DNA of 38,785 bases from Octopus bimaculoides (GCF_001194135.2 NC_068989.1:58587198-58625982); one strand, 5' to 3'; counted from the stretch's first letter, positions 11,630-23,320 are shown. Numbers and translations: made by a program. The notes: generated from the letters alone by a model not told the origin.

Positions 11630-12030
11630 TCAGTATATTTTATCGATCACTATATTTTCCACCTACCAAAATATTACCCCTCTTCACAATGAATGTCTTA
11701 TACTTGTGTTCAGAAAATTTTTTTTTTCCAGATTGTTCAAATATATCAGCGATTCTTTCAGCTTTATCCGAAGAGCTATGTACTGGCTCTTCCAAACTTC
11801 ATACTTCACGAAATTATTCATCAACTCTACTCCTGGCATATCTATGTGCCCCTCCCTCGTTAAGACTTGTTTACTGTTCACTTTCCTGTTTTTTTGTGTC
11901 TTATCCTGTGTACTGTGCGTGTACTTTTGGCTTTCTTTACTATTCAATTTATTGTTGCTTTCTTTCCCTTTTACAATTTTCCGACGAGTTGTGGTATTCC
12001 TGAACACTGTATATAATAAGTTCATAGTTA
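11630..12030 (-). mobile_element. Possible 3' end of a LINE with a (GAA)n(CAA)n tail
   Basis: 113-aa minus ORF (FVKYEVWKSQYIALRIKLKESLIYL) ends just upstream of a simple-repeat tail. Only a weak resemblance to L1/Tx1 C-termini. Confidence 0.25.
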
Positions 12031-13569
12031 TTATTTTAAAAATAAACTTTTATTTTTAAAAATGATTCCTTATTCAAAACACGATGTTGATAGACAGAGT
12101 TTACTTTTGTTCGAATTTTCAAACCCGACTTATTGATAACCATAAATTAAATCTCATTTTTTCCCTCTTCCCCATAAATTAAAAGTCTCACACTTATATA
12201 ATTAATCAATTTTGAAGTTAAGTACTAGTATATTTTAAGTGGCAACCGCGATAACTTTTATTAAGGGAGGCTATACTTATATCGAGAATTAAACGTGGAA
12301 CAGTGTTTAAGAAAATGAAGGTGCGGACACTCAAATATAAAACTAAAAAAAAATCATTTGAAATGAGTTGGCGCACCAAAGTTCCTATGAATTTATTAAT
12401 AAATTGGAGATGAAGAATAGTCTAATTTATGACAGACAGGGTGACAACTCCAGACACATTTGATTATTTCACCTCCTTAGTGGAACTTTGTTATGTTAGA
12501 TTAGTAGACTAATTTTATTTGTTGAAGTTTTAGGATTCATTTTACACAAAAATTATTAATTTGGTAAGTGAATTTCGAAGAAAATAAAAATTTTAAATAA
12601 TGAATTTGCATACATTTAATTATCGCATTACATATTCTTTTACATGTATCTTTATATGTATTTACTGTGTATATTTCTGTACATCTACTTTCAGGAGGAA
12701 ACATATATATTCGCCTCCTTGTATACTTTTATAAAGAAGCCTGAACTTGATTCACTTATGCTTGCCTGGAGATATTTTAGGTGTGCTTGTCCTTTCCTAC
12801 CTCGCTTCTCCTATGAAATGGCTACAGGCTAACATATTTGTTGGATGAAATAACAACAGCATTACGTGTGTGGTTTTGATCGTTTCTTAATATGATGTTT
12901 ATCTATGGAAGAAATACAACTAATAGAAGGAACCGTGCAAGTAATTAGAAAACTTTCCTGGAGATTGCTGGAAGCGATGAAGTGCGAGAAAGATGTCTAG
13001 CTATTTCAGTCGACACATGACATATTGAAATGACTGCTTAAGGGGTAAATATTTGTATATGTTTGAGGAAGTGAGACAGAAAGATAGTAAGTATTCCTCT
13101 GTGTGTGCGTGTGTGTGTATGCGTGTGTGTGTTTGTTTGTTTGTTTGTGTGTGTATGAGTACGTGTGCGTGTCTGTGTGTATGTGTGTGTGTGTGTGCGT
13201 GCATGCGCACGCGTGAGTGCGATACGTATCATATATCATTATGGGGGGNNNNNNNNNNNNNNNNNNNNNNNNNNNNNNNNNNNNNNNNNNNNNNNNNNNN
13301 NNNNNNNNNNNNNNNNNNNNNNNNNNNNNNNNNNNNNNNNNNNNNNNNNNNNNNNNNNNNNNNNNNNNNNNNNNNNNNNNNNNNNNNNNNNNNNNNNNNN
13401 NNNNNNNNNNNNNNNNNNNNNNNNNNNNNNNNNNNNNNNNNNNNNNNNNNNNNNNNNNNNNNNNNNNNNNNNNNNNNNNNNNNNNNNNNNNNNNNNNNNN
13501 NNNNNNNNNNTGTACTTTTAAAATTTCCATTGCAGTTGGCCATTTTGTATAAGTGTTCATCATTAACCG

Positions 13570-13635
13570 TGCCACTAAACATTTTGTCTGTCGCGGTAAC
13601 GATTCGCCAGCTCGTCGCCTTGTTGTTGTTGATGA

Positions 13636-13674
<39 letters not shown>

Positions 13675-13750
13675 TGAAGATGATGATGATGATGATGATG
13701 ATATGCTCGGTAGAGCTCTTACAGAAAGTTTGTTTTTCAGGGACAGCAAG
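13570..13750 (-). repeat. SINE head + trinucleotide tract + flank, duplicate of 14770-14960
   Basis: About 45 nt of head and 50 nt of flank each differ at 2 positions from 14770-14960. Confidence 0.85.
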
Positions 13751-14090
13751 AACCTAAATAAAGTCTGATAGAATTTCGAATTTCGTTGTTGCCCTCACAA
13801 TTGACAGTGAATGCAGAGGGTTTCGCAGTAAATAAAAAAAACCGTTCACGTGATTCTTTAATGATCCACTTTGGTCTTGAACTTTGTATCATGGACATCT
13901 GTTAACCATGGATCTGCCGTATGGTAAAATGTTTATATTATGTCTCAAGCTACTGCTATCTAGCACCTTCGGATGATCTCTACAAGATTGCTGCTCAACA
14001 GCTCTACCAACCCCGCTACCACGGCCAGACTACCTCTATTTATATGTCTTGGGCGATCCTACTTCTTCGCCTGGGGGCGTCGACACAACA

Positions 14091-14255
14091 GTTTAGTGGC
14101 ATTTAGTCTGTCTTTACGTTCTGAGAACAAATCGCCGCAAGGTCGACTTTAACCTTTCGGGGTCGATAAGATAATTACTGGTTGAATACTGGGGTCGATG
14201 TAAACGACTTATCCCCTCACCTGAAATTACTGGCCTTATTCCAAAATTTGAAATC
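14091..14255 (+). mobile_element. tRNA-derived SINE (main family), head-less body
   Basis: ACGTTCTGAG..CAAAT..GGTCGACTTT..CCTTTCGGGGTCGATAA...TGGGGTCGATGTAAACGACT. Confidence 0.8.
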
Positions 14256-14327
14256 AGAATTTTGCTTTACAGTTAAATAGCATTCACTTTTGTTGTTTAT
14301 GTGTGAAAGATGTCATTTCGTATATTT

Positions 14328-14452
14328 TCATTTTTTGAAAAAATTTCTTGCGGGTGAAATATTTGCTGCTATTTTTTGTTGATGGGTAATATTTCGGACA
14401 AATAAACTTTGTCCGAAAGCAAAATCACAAACATATTCTCTTTCGTTAATCT
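14328..14452 (-). CDS. Candidate terminal coding exon of an unidentified host gene: (K)INEREYVCDFAFGQSLFVRNITHQQKIAANISPARNFFKK*
   Basis: Branch CCTAAC, pyrimidine tract, CTACAG acceptor (AG at 14453-14454). The phase-1 frame stays open for 40 codons to TGA and matches the phase of the upstream exon. Confidence 0.45.
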
Positions 14453-14600
14453 CTGTAGGAGAAGACTCTAAATGTTAGGCTGTTATCTATATGACAATAT
14501 TTTTGGTAAAAACTGTATTGCATCTACTGAAATCCTTCGTTTCGGAGAGCGTGTTGTAAATAACGTCTACTTTGTCCGCAGTAAACAATAATGATGATGA

Positions 14601-14813
14601 TTCTTTCTGCTATAGGCACAAGGCATGGAATTTTGGGAAGGTGTTAGCCGCTTATATCGCCCCACTAGCACTGGACTGATATTTATTTTATCGTCCCCGA
14701 AATGATGAAAAGCGAAGTCGGCCTCGGCAGCTTTTGAACTCAAAACGTAAAAACGGAAAGATGCGCCTAAACATTTTGTCCGACGCGGTAACGATTCGCC
14801 AGCTCGTCGCCTT
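14601..14813 (-). mobile_element. tRNA-derived SINE (main family), full length
   Basis: Minus head GGCGACGAGCTGGCGAATCGTTACC, B-box-like GAGTTCAAAAGC, central domain, tail GCCTTGTGCCTATAGCAGAAAGAA. Confidence 0.85.
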
Positions 14814-14832
14814 GATGATGATGATGATGATG

Positions 14833-14911
<79 letters not shown>
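14814..14911. repeat. (GAT)n(AAT)n microsatellite
   Basis: Direct reading. Confidence 0.95.
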
Positions 14912-14913
<2 letters not shown>

Positions 14914-15821
14914 TGCTCGGTAGAGCTCTTACTGAAAGTTTGTTTCTCAGGGACAGCAAGGATTACCAGAAGGGTTCTTAGTAATTGAAAGACTGCAGAA
15001 AACTTGTGGATACCTAAGGTTATTGGTAATAACCCGCTACCCACATAAATCCTTTCAGGGATAAGACCGAACCTGAGCCAGACCAAAATAATAATTTAAA
15101 ATTTCGACGCAAAGCCTCCACTTTTAGGGTTAATACTTTTATGGAACACAAAAAATTGACATCTGAAATAATTTACGCGCGCGCGCGCATCCCATGCGAA
15201 CTGTCGACGACCAAAGTTCGCTCATAGGTTGATGAAAGGTTGAATAATCGAATCCAAAATCCCAAGGTTATGAAGTGAAAATCTTTAGCGTAAGATGATA
15301 CCTACAAGAAAAAAAAAACAAAAATAAAACAAAAAAAAACAGTCTTGATTTTTCTTTTTAATATTACATTTGCTGGTGGAATAAAATTTCTCCGCTGAGC
15401 TATTTTACAAATACCTTGATTGATGTATTTGAAATAAATGATTAAAATATCGGACTCAAATCAGTAAAATAAATATTGGCTTGACCCAAAGACCTTTTCT
15501 TTTCAAAGGGGAGTGGCGACATGGAAAATTATAACGTTTCCAAAGACTTCAGTCAAGAATCCCGACTCCTCAACGGATTGCATCTGTTTCTCTGTGATGC
15601 TCGTCACAGTAATGAAAATATTGATGTCCTAGTTACCAATACATTGTAGGGCAATTTAATCGACACTTTATCGTTTTATCAACCCACTGTCCTCAATATT
15701 TCATTCACTCATTTGGTTTAGCTGTTTTAGCAATTATTCATTTGTTTTCACTGGTAAATATCGTATGAATCCCAGAGAGATTCAAGTTCAGAACATAGAA
15801 AATATATAATAAGGCACTTAC

Positions 15822-15856
15822 TCTGGTTGTCTACTGTACAGCTATTACCAACAATA
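15822..15856 (-). CDS. Candidate 35-nt internal exon: (N)IVGNSCTVDNQ
   Basis: GCTAAC branch, GTTTTGTCCTTTAG acceptor, GTAAGT donor. Only one frame is open (phase 2 in, phase 1 out). Confidence 0.55.
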
Positions 15857-16281
15857 CTAAAGGACAAAACGTTAGCAACTAAATATTTGAAAAAATAACA
15901 CCCCGGCCACTAAAACACAAGCAGACATGCAGAAACAAAGGTGTAATGAGATATTTCAGAACCTTGAGAGTGCGTTACTGTAAAGCTCTGAATAAAATGG
16001 TTTAAAGAAGATATTGGATTAGTGGTTTTGAGTATCTAGCAAACCCCAGTTATAACTGATATGAAAGAGAAGCTTTTGTATTTAATAAGGAATGTTAAGT
16101 TCATGTCTTATATAGTCAAGAAAGTAATGACAATTAGACAGTTTTTTCCACGGTAAATTTGATTGAGATATTTTTGCTGACATAATTGAATGTCCGACTA
16201 TTTAACAAAGGCGAAAATTTGTTTGGTTCATGCGTTTCATTTTAAAGTAGAGCATTGTATGAAACAATGTTGTCCACGGAA

Positions 16282-16335
<54 letters not shown>

Positions 16336-16461
16336 CGCAGGAACTAGTGAGAAGACTATTTCTTGACCAAACATAATAGGAACTATGCTACGGGATAGCA
16401 TAGTTCTCATAACCTTTGTAGGCATTTCTTGACCAGTGAGCTACCTACGGAATATACTCAC

Positions 16462-16514
16462 TTTGAAATCTTATAGGTCAATAACTGATCTAAAAAGACA
16501 TTCCTGACGGACTT
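16462..16514 (-). CDS. Candidate 53-nt internal exon: KSVRNVFLDQLLTYKIS
   Basis: CTTAC branch, TCATTCTTTCCTCCAG acceptor, GTGAGT donor. Only one frame is open (phase 0 in, phase 2 out), in phase with 15822-15856. Confidence 0.55.
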
Positions 16515-18039
16515 CTGGAGGAAAGAATGATTTGGTAAGGTGTTTAGTGAGATACAGTGAAAGTGAAGGGAAAGTGAAAGGGTAGAGATGAATGTGTCGA
16601 TTTGACCTGGTTGGGGTGGCTATATAGATTGCTATTTCAGAGGCGGAGAGGCCGGTGTAGTTGTGATAGAATGAACAAAATGTGTGTATGTGAGCTCGTG
16701 ATTCTAATCCGTTGCTCTCAAAAACAGTGCCAGTCACACAGTGCCGTTCGCTTATTCTCTAAACTTGAATTTGTCCTGTGCTCATTTAAGAAATTAATTT
16801 TGTTCAATTTTGAGAAGAATTAGAAGCAACATTAACACTTCTCGTAAATCAACAAGCAAGAAACTGATCTCATTTAACCATTACGAAAGATAACGAGTAG
16901 GAAACCGGGCACAACCATTAACTATTTCCAGCTGAAAAAGTATAGAATGTTCTCGCAGTCTAACTAGGAAATAGTTATTGAGACATGTAGTAAGATGCAA
17001 GCCTTTATAATAATTCATCTGCGCACACTTTTATGCTCATCATATTGTTTCATTTCGTATCTCTTATCTTACCATACACAACATATAATTTCATTAGCCG
17101 ACAACCAAAACTGTTTTCCATGCGCTCCTTTCGTTATCACAGAGATATTGTTTTTTTTCCTCAGTTAGCATTTTAACTTTTATACGTTGTTTATATTCAG
17201 ATTCCTTTTATTTTTTCAGCCTTTTTATATATTTTCGTGGAATTTTGTTTTCTTTTTAGGAACTTCACTCTTGTATTTACCAAAGTTCTTGTTCACTTTA
17301 TAAAACCAAACAAATGCCTCTTTAATTATCATATACTATTTCTTGAAAATGTTAAAACTTCCTTTTACGTCGACTATGAATAATTGGCGATAAAAATATA
17401 AAGAAACATAAAGAATATACTTTATTTGATAATGATGGTGGTGGTAATATATTTGGTGGTGTCGGTAATGAAAGTACAGCGACAGTGACAACCATAGAAG
17501 TGCTGTGGGTGGCGGTGGTTCGCGTGCGCCACATATGTAAATAATTTCGGTTTTCCATTTGGATTACTTAGAGATGCGATGTTGATGATTTCGTCTTGTG
17601 GCCAATAGCAATGCCTGATATATATTTCTAGGGGATTATACCAACATAAACATAAGGAATGAGTCTTTTTCTTATTTTTTTCATTTCTAATTTCCATTAG
17701 TGTTATTTTTGACTCAACTGCTGAAGACAAAAATCTTCCTCTTTGTTCTTTGTGGTAGCGAAATAGTGAAAACAGACTTGCCCGTGATTTTTTACAAATG
17801 TTTTATATAAATGATGACCATATATGTGTTTTAATGATGGAGTTCTGCTTACTTTCATATTCCGAGTCAATATTTATTTATATTCTATGAAAGAATGCTG
17901 TCTACTAAAGCTTTGTGCTGTTGGGTGAGTGTTGCAGAGAAGATAAGATTTAAGAAAATTTATAAAATATATTTCATTTCAGCGCCTATTCATGCACCAC
18001 AGTTATAACTGGTTACAGTACTAATAATATAACTTGTTA

Positions 18040-18250
18040 CTTCTGGCAGAAACGTTAGCATGCCGGACGAAATGCTTAGCAGTATTTCGCCTGTCTTTAT
18101 GTTCTGAGTTCAAATTCCGCCGCAGTCGACTTTGCCTTTCATCCTTTCGGGGTCGATAAATTAAGTACCAGTTGCGTACTGGGGTAGATCTAATCGACTG
18201 GCCCCCTTCCCCCAAAATTTCGGGTCTTGTGCCTACAGTAGAAAAGAATA
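18040..18250 (+). mobile_element. tRNA-derived SINE (main family)
   Basis: CTGGCAGAAACGTTAGCATGCCGG (A box), GAGTTCAAATTCC (B box), GCCTTTCATCCTTTCGGGGTCGATAAATTAAGTACCAG. Confidence 0.9.
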
Positions 18251-18361
18251 TTACTTGTTGCTTCTATAAATATCAATATAAATGGTTATAGTTATAACAA
18301 TAACTGATTACATTATTGGTAATTAGTTATAACAGTGACTGATAACTAGAAATCTTATACT

Positions 18362-18541
18362 TGTTCTCAGTCACCAGACTGCGGCCATGCTGGGGCACCG
18401 CCTTGAAGAATTTTTAGTCGAATGAATCGACCCCAGTACGTGTTATCTAAGCGTGGTACTTTGCCGAACCGCTAGATAACGGGGACGTAAATACACTAAC
18501 ATCGGTTGTCAAACGGTGGTGGGGATAAATACGGAAGCAAA

Positions 18542-18597
<56 letters not shown>

Positions 18598-18755
18598 CGA
18601 CGAGTTTCTTTCAGTTTCCGTCAACCAAATCCACTCACAAGGCTTTGGTTGGCTCGAGGCTGTAGTAGAAAACACTTGCCAAAGTTGCCACAGAGTGGGA
18701 CTGAACTCAAAATCATGAGGTTAAGAAGCTAGCTTCTTATCACACAGCTACGCAT
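18362..18755 (-). mobile_element. CORE-type SINE, near full length, internal (CA)n
   Basis: Head, CORE-like segment and tail colinear with the 2765-3115 copy. Confidence 0.85.
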
Positions 18756-18774
18756 AAAAAATTATGTTGTTTTT

Positions 18775-19000
18775 GCTTAGGCCCAGATCAGTTCCAATTG
18801 AGTATCCCTACAACCAAAAGTATTCCGCCGAGGATTATCCTGTCCTGATTTAAAGCCGTGTATATACTACTACATCAACCTATGTCTCCGTCAATTTTCA
18901 AGACAAGATGTGCATTGAGAGATTGAGAGGGATAAGATTTTAAGACAAGGTTTGAAGTGAGCGAGATCTGGCTACTATTTCTAGCAGGTCAAGCTGTCAC
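18775..19000 (+). repeat. Unclassified repeat ending in CTGGCT.CTATTTCTAGCAGG (related pieces at ~20530-20570 and ~22150-22290)
   Basis: The shared CTG(C)TATTTCT(A/T)GCAGG motif, with similar upstream sequence, occurs at three loci. Confidence 0.5.
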
Positions 19001-19049
19001 TAACAACGTATTTGTATTCATTCATATATATTTGCTTTCAGACTTAATT

Positions 19050-19305
19050 TTGCAAATCCTGTCGGCCTGCTGTTTGGCGTTACCCGTAAAATCTGTTTAG
19101 TGATTCTTTCATCAAATATTTTAACCACATTGACCGTTGTAACTGAAGTGTAACTTCCCTATGCAAGCAAGTAGTAACTGGACCTGCGGCAAGTAGTGAC
19201 TCCCTGATCTCCGAGTTGTGTATCGTGCGTTATTCCAGCCACTTTCGGAGGACCTCCATTTCGACTGCTTGTATTCCTGATCTTACTCTTTCGGTCTCCA
19301 ATATT
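19050..19305 (-). mobile_element. RTE-clade LINE fragment (post-RT region)
   Basis: Minus reads ILETERVRSGIQAVEMEVLRK / HNSEIRESL / ERITKQIL, matching RTE 'TERVRSRIQAAEM.FLR..RNSEIRESL..ERLPKQIL'. Confidence 0.7.
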
Positions 19306-19310
19306 CATGA

Positions 19311-19525
19311 CAGCGTGTTGGCAAAACTGTTAGCGCGTCAGACAAAATGCTTGGAAGCATTTCTTTCGGCTTTTGCGTTCTGGGTTTAATTTCCGCTGCG
19401 GTCGATTTTGTCTTTCATCTTTTCTAGGTCGATAGATTAAGTACCAATTGAGCACTGGAGTCGATGTAAACGACAAGTCCTCCAACCCCAATTTCAAGCC
19501 TTGTGTCTGCAGCTGAAAGAATTAT
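19311..19525 (+). mobile_element. tRNA-derived SINE (main family), diverged
   Basis: TTGGCAAAACTGTTAGC..GGTCGATTTTGTCTTTCATC..TTAAGTACC..GTCGATGTAA. Confidence 0.8.
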
Positions 19526-19606
19526 GATCATTATTGTAATTTTGTAACAGTGCAGAAATACGATAGTGTTTCGAATTAAAAGAAAAACAAACGATGGTCG
19601 TATTAC

Positions 19607-19652
19607 GTAGTTTAGGACTAGTTTCCGACGACTGTGAAACATACTCTCAGTT
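19607..19652 (-). CDS. Candidate 46-nt exon: TESMFHSRRKLVLNY
   Basis: Strong acceptor TATTTCTGATTCTTCTGTTGTAG, moderate donor GTAATA. The single open frame ends in phase 0, fitting the 16514 exon. Confidence 0.4.
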
Positions 19653-20678
19653 CTACAACAGAAGAATCAGAAATAGATCAATTACATATATAAATAAATA
19701 GTAGGAGGCTAATAGGTAGAACGTTGTCCCTTCCATATATTTCCTCATTGTCTAATTGCTGTAGAAACAAGTTTTTAACTGAAATAAAATAATTTCGATA
19801 TAGACATTTAAACCTGACGGATCCCGGAGTGTTGTGGTTCATATCTTTCTCTCCTCTCTTTTTCCTTGCCTGTCCATCTCTCTTGTTTAAAGCAAAAAAA
19901 AAAAAAAACCTTAACAAAAATCAGCAACAAAAAAAAAAACTTCAAAAAACTATTCGGTTTCGTGTGTCATAAAATTGACGACTGCAACTACAGTTTGTAG
20001 AGATAACATCAAATTGGAATGTCTTCTATGACGTAATTTTGAAAACTTAGATCCGACTGTTGGCCACATATGCTAATGATTAGGCAACTTGCTTCATTTA
20101 CGGCCTGCCGCGATAAAGATCTGGCACCATCTTAGAAATATTAGATCAAAGACTATTAATTAGTTAGGGCTTTCCGTAATAGTGAAATTGTTAGAGATAT
20201 TTTACGTTCTATCAGCCTCCTTGTCTCTCTCTTCTTAGTCTCTCTACTTCTCTTTCTTAATCTTTTAAATAAGCTTCGCACTGACTTGTAAGTCTCAAGT
20301 TGATAAAGTAAACGCTTATGTGTTTTCTTCAAGTGTTCAAATTCAGTGTATCAATTATTGAAACTTACAAAATACACAGTTATTCAGAGTATGTTGTTTA
20401 GTCCCATTTATAACCAGATTGAGCAAACCACTGATGAGAGACTTTTCAACTGCCATCATTTCGTCTTGTTATATATCAAGGACAGCATCATTCAATGTCA
20501 ATTTCCAAACAGTTGTGTGTGTGTGTGTTGAGTGAATCTGACTGCTATTTCTTGCAGGCTGGACCACCCCGTGGTTAGATTGAGCAGATTATGTTTAAAG
20601 CGATTGTGAATGTAAATATAAATAGTCTAATTTCAGAGCAGCTGACTGTGACGGTTTCCTTGAATTTAGAATCTTCCA

Positions 20679-21946
20679 TTAGGTTGTCAAGAAAGTTCTT
20701 GCGGTTTTTAACCTTTAAATTCAGATGCACATATCTCAGCTCAAACAAAACTTTATTAATCGAAATAAACACCATCAGAATCAACACACTTTTGTTAACG
20801 CGAAACAAGTTTACTTATGCCAGTAGCATGAAAATCCTGCGTTTTGGTGGCGATGAAGTCGTTGAAGGTGTGTTTGGCATCGTCTTGGTTTTTTAAGCAT
20901 TCCTCACGCAGGAAGTTGTCGAGATGCTTGAAAAAGTGGTAGTCGGTAGGCGAGAGGTCTGGTGAGTATGGCGGATGAGGCAGAGTTTCGTAGCCCAATT
21001 CGTTCAACTTCTGCAGGGTCAGTTGTGCGACGTACGGCCGAGCGTTGTCGTGGAGAAGAATTGGTCCTCTTCTATTGACCAATGCTGGCTGTTGTTGTCG
21101 GAGTTTCTTATGCATTTCATCCATTTCCTGACAGCACTTCTCCGCCGTAATGGTTTCGCCTGGATGCAAAAAGCTGTGATGGGTGAGCCCGGCCTCAGAC
21201 CACCAAACAGTCATAATGACCTTCTTTCGGGAAGTGCCGTGGAGCTTCGTCGGCATCCAACCACTCAGCTGAGCGTCACCGGTTGTCGTAAAGAATCCAC
21301 TTTTCATCGCAAGTCACAATCCAGTCGAGAAACGGGTCGTTCTTGTTGCGTAAAAAAAGGAAAGACGACACTTCAAAACGGCGTTTTTTTGGTTGTCGTT
21401 CAATTCGTGCGGTACCCATTTCTCAAGTATTTTGGCTTTTCCGATCTCTTTCAAGCGGTTCGATATTGTCGTATACGTTACGTCTAATTCAGAAGCAAGC
21501 TCTCGAACAGTTGTGCGTGGATTGGCTTCGACTAAGGCTCTTAGTTGATCGTTGTCAACATTCAATGGCCGACCACTACGCTTATCATCTTGAAGACTCT
21601 CGTCACCGCTACGAAATTTCTTGAACCACCATTGTGCTGTACGTTTATTAGGGGTTCCTGGGCCAAACGCATCGTTGATATCGCGAGCTGTTTCAGCAGC
21701 TTTTCGGCCTAGCTTGAACTGGAATAAGAAAATTGTGCGAATTTGCTTTTCATCCATGTTGTATTCAACGTTCCGGAAAAAATGGTCTAATTCTTCAAAA
21801 AGAAAAAGAGTAACACGATTAGATAGAGCGAAAAATGGGCTTTAAAATGATATATAAAGTCAAAATAATTTAACGAAAATTAATTTGAAAATACATCTAT
21901 TAAAACCAAAATTAAGAATTCCGCAAGAACTTTCTTGACAACCTAA
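20679..21946 (-). mobile_element. Mariner transposon, cecropia subfamily (Hsmar1-like), 1268 bp, inactivated
   Basis: Perfect 26-bp TIRs TTAGGTTGTCAAGAAAGTTCTTGCGG. Flanks are TA (21947-48) and CA (mutated TA). WVPHEL, TCDEKW, HDNARP and YSPDLSPTDY motifs, DD34D spacing. Confidence 0.97.
20756..21757 (-). pseudogene. Mariner DD34D transposase pseudogene
   Basis: 1-nt deletion in an A run (~21384-21390), TGA at 'DNR*', ~17-nt deletion at FPK..KVIM, TAA replacing W in 'SR*QKCVD'. Native stop at 20756-20758. Confidence 0.95.
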
Positions 21947-23164
21947 TAACTAAAGTTTGGTCCTTTTAGGGCCAAATACCTCGATTAGGTCGGTGTTAAG
22001 ATGAAGTATTTGATACATCACCAGGTTTGACCGGCCTTAATTATCAATGAACGGTATTGTAATTGGTGAACAAATTGGCGTGATGTGTAGACGTACGGTT
22101 GCCTGGAAATGTTTAGCTTCACCTCAGCCTTAATGATTAAAGTCATTTACGCGTATCATATTGTATATAAGATCATGTTATCCAATATGGTCTTCCTTTT
22201 CTAAGATGGAAAAGGGTGTGATTTGAAGGTGTTTCATCTGCTATTTCTAGCAGGTTTAACCTTCGTAGAAAGCTCTTTGTTGTTTGATGCAATCGAGAAA
22301 CGTGTTCCCATTAGAAAATTATGTTACAAATTATGTTGACTGTTTTATAAGCGAGTTACACCTGATATATATATATATAAAAAAAAATTAATATCCCTTC
22401 ACTTTTGGATATTAGTGCCGTTTTGAGGGGTTTAAAAACAAAAATAAATGCAGAAAAATAAATGAACTGTTTCAGACAAAAAAAAAGTTTTTAAAGTCAG
22501 CAAAAAGCTCGAAAATACTTTAAAATACTGAAGCTTTTGGTTAGAATGTTTCTCTACAAACAATATTTTCAGCCAGTCCTTAGTCTGATAAGCACTCAAT
22601 ATTCAAATCGGTTACTTTAAGTTACTGGTCTTGATCTTAAGCGACCGTGGAAAAGCAAATTTTTAAAACAACAACAAAAAAGTCCTTTTAATTGATATAA
22701 AAAAATTGAGGAAGATCCCGCCCACAAACCTCTTTTTGGTTTCTTTGTGTATATAAATGCAGAGCAGTAAAGATTAAAGCTTAAAGCATAAAATTTCAAC
22801 GTGTTTAATAAGATGAATATCATGTGAAAAGGACATTATAGAAGTAAAATGATATCACATTATGAAAAAACAAACAGTAAAACAAAAAACTATACGTAAA
22901 AAAAATCTCTACATTTGCAAAATGTTATTATGAGAAAAAGTTATATTACAAAATAAGGAATATTATATCATTTGCTATGTAATTTAATGAATATTCCTGT
23001 TTAGTTGGAATATTTTCAAAAAGCTTTATGAGAATAAAGTTTCACGTTCTAAAGCTGATGCAACTTAAATAGCCGCAGTTTCGCGTTTGATATTAAATAT
23101 ACATGTTCCTGTGTATTATTCTGGTTTTCATGTCTGATACAAGTTCTCGCTAATGACACATAAA

Positions 23165-23320
23165 TACATACATATGTACTTAACACTTACATACATACAT
23201 ACATACATGCATGCATACATACATACGTACATACGTAAGTACATACATGCATACATACATACATACATACATACATGTATACATGCAACTATCCATCCAT
23301 CCACCCAGCCATACATACGT
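23165..23320. repeat. (TACA)n tetranucleotide microsatellite
   Basis: Direct reading. Confidence 0.9.

Noticed and set aside
17853-17884. Minus-strand 32-nt segment with good acceptor and GTAAGC donor
   Set aside because: Stops in all three frames.
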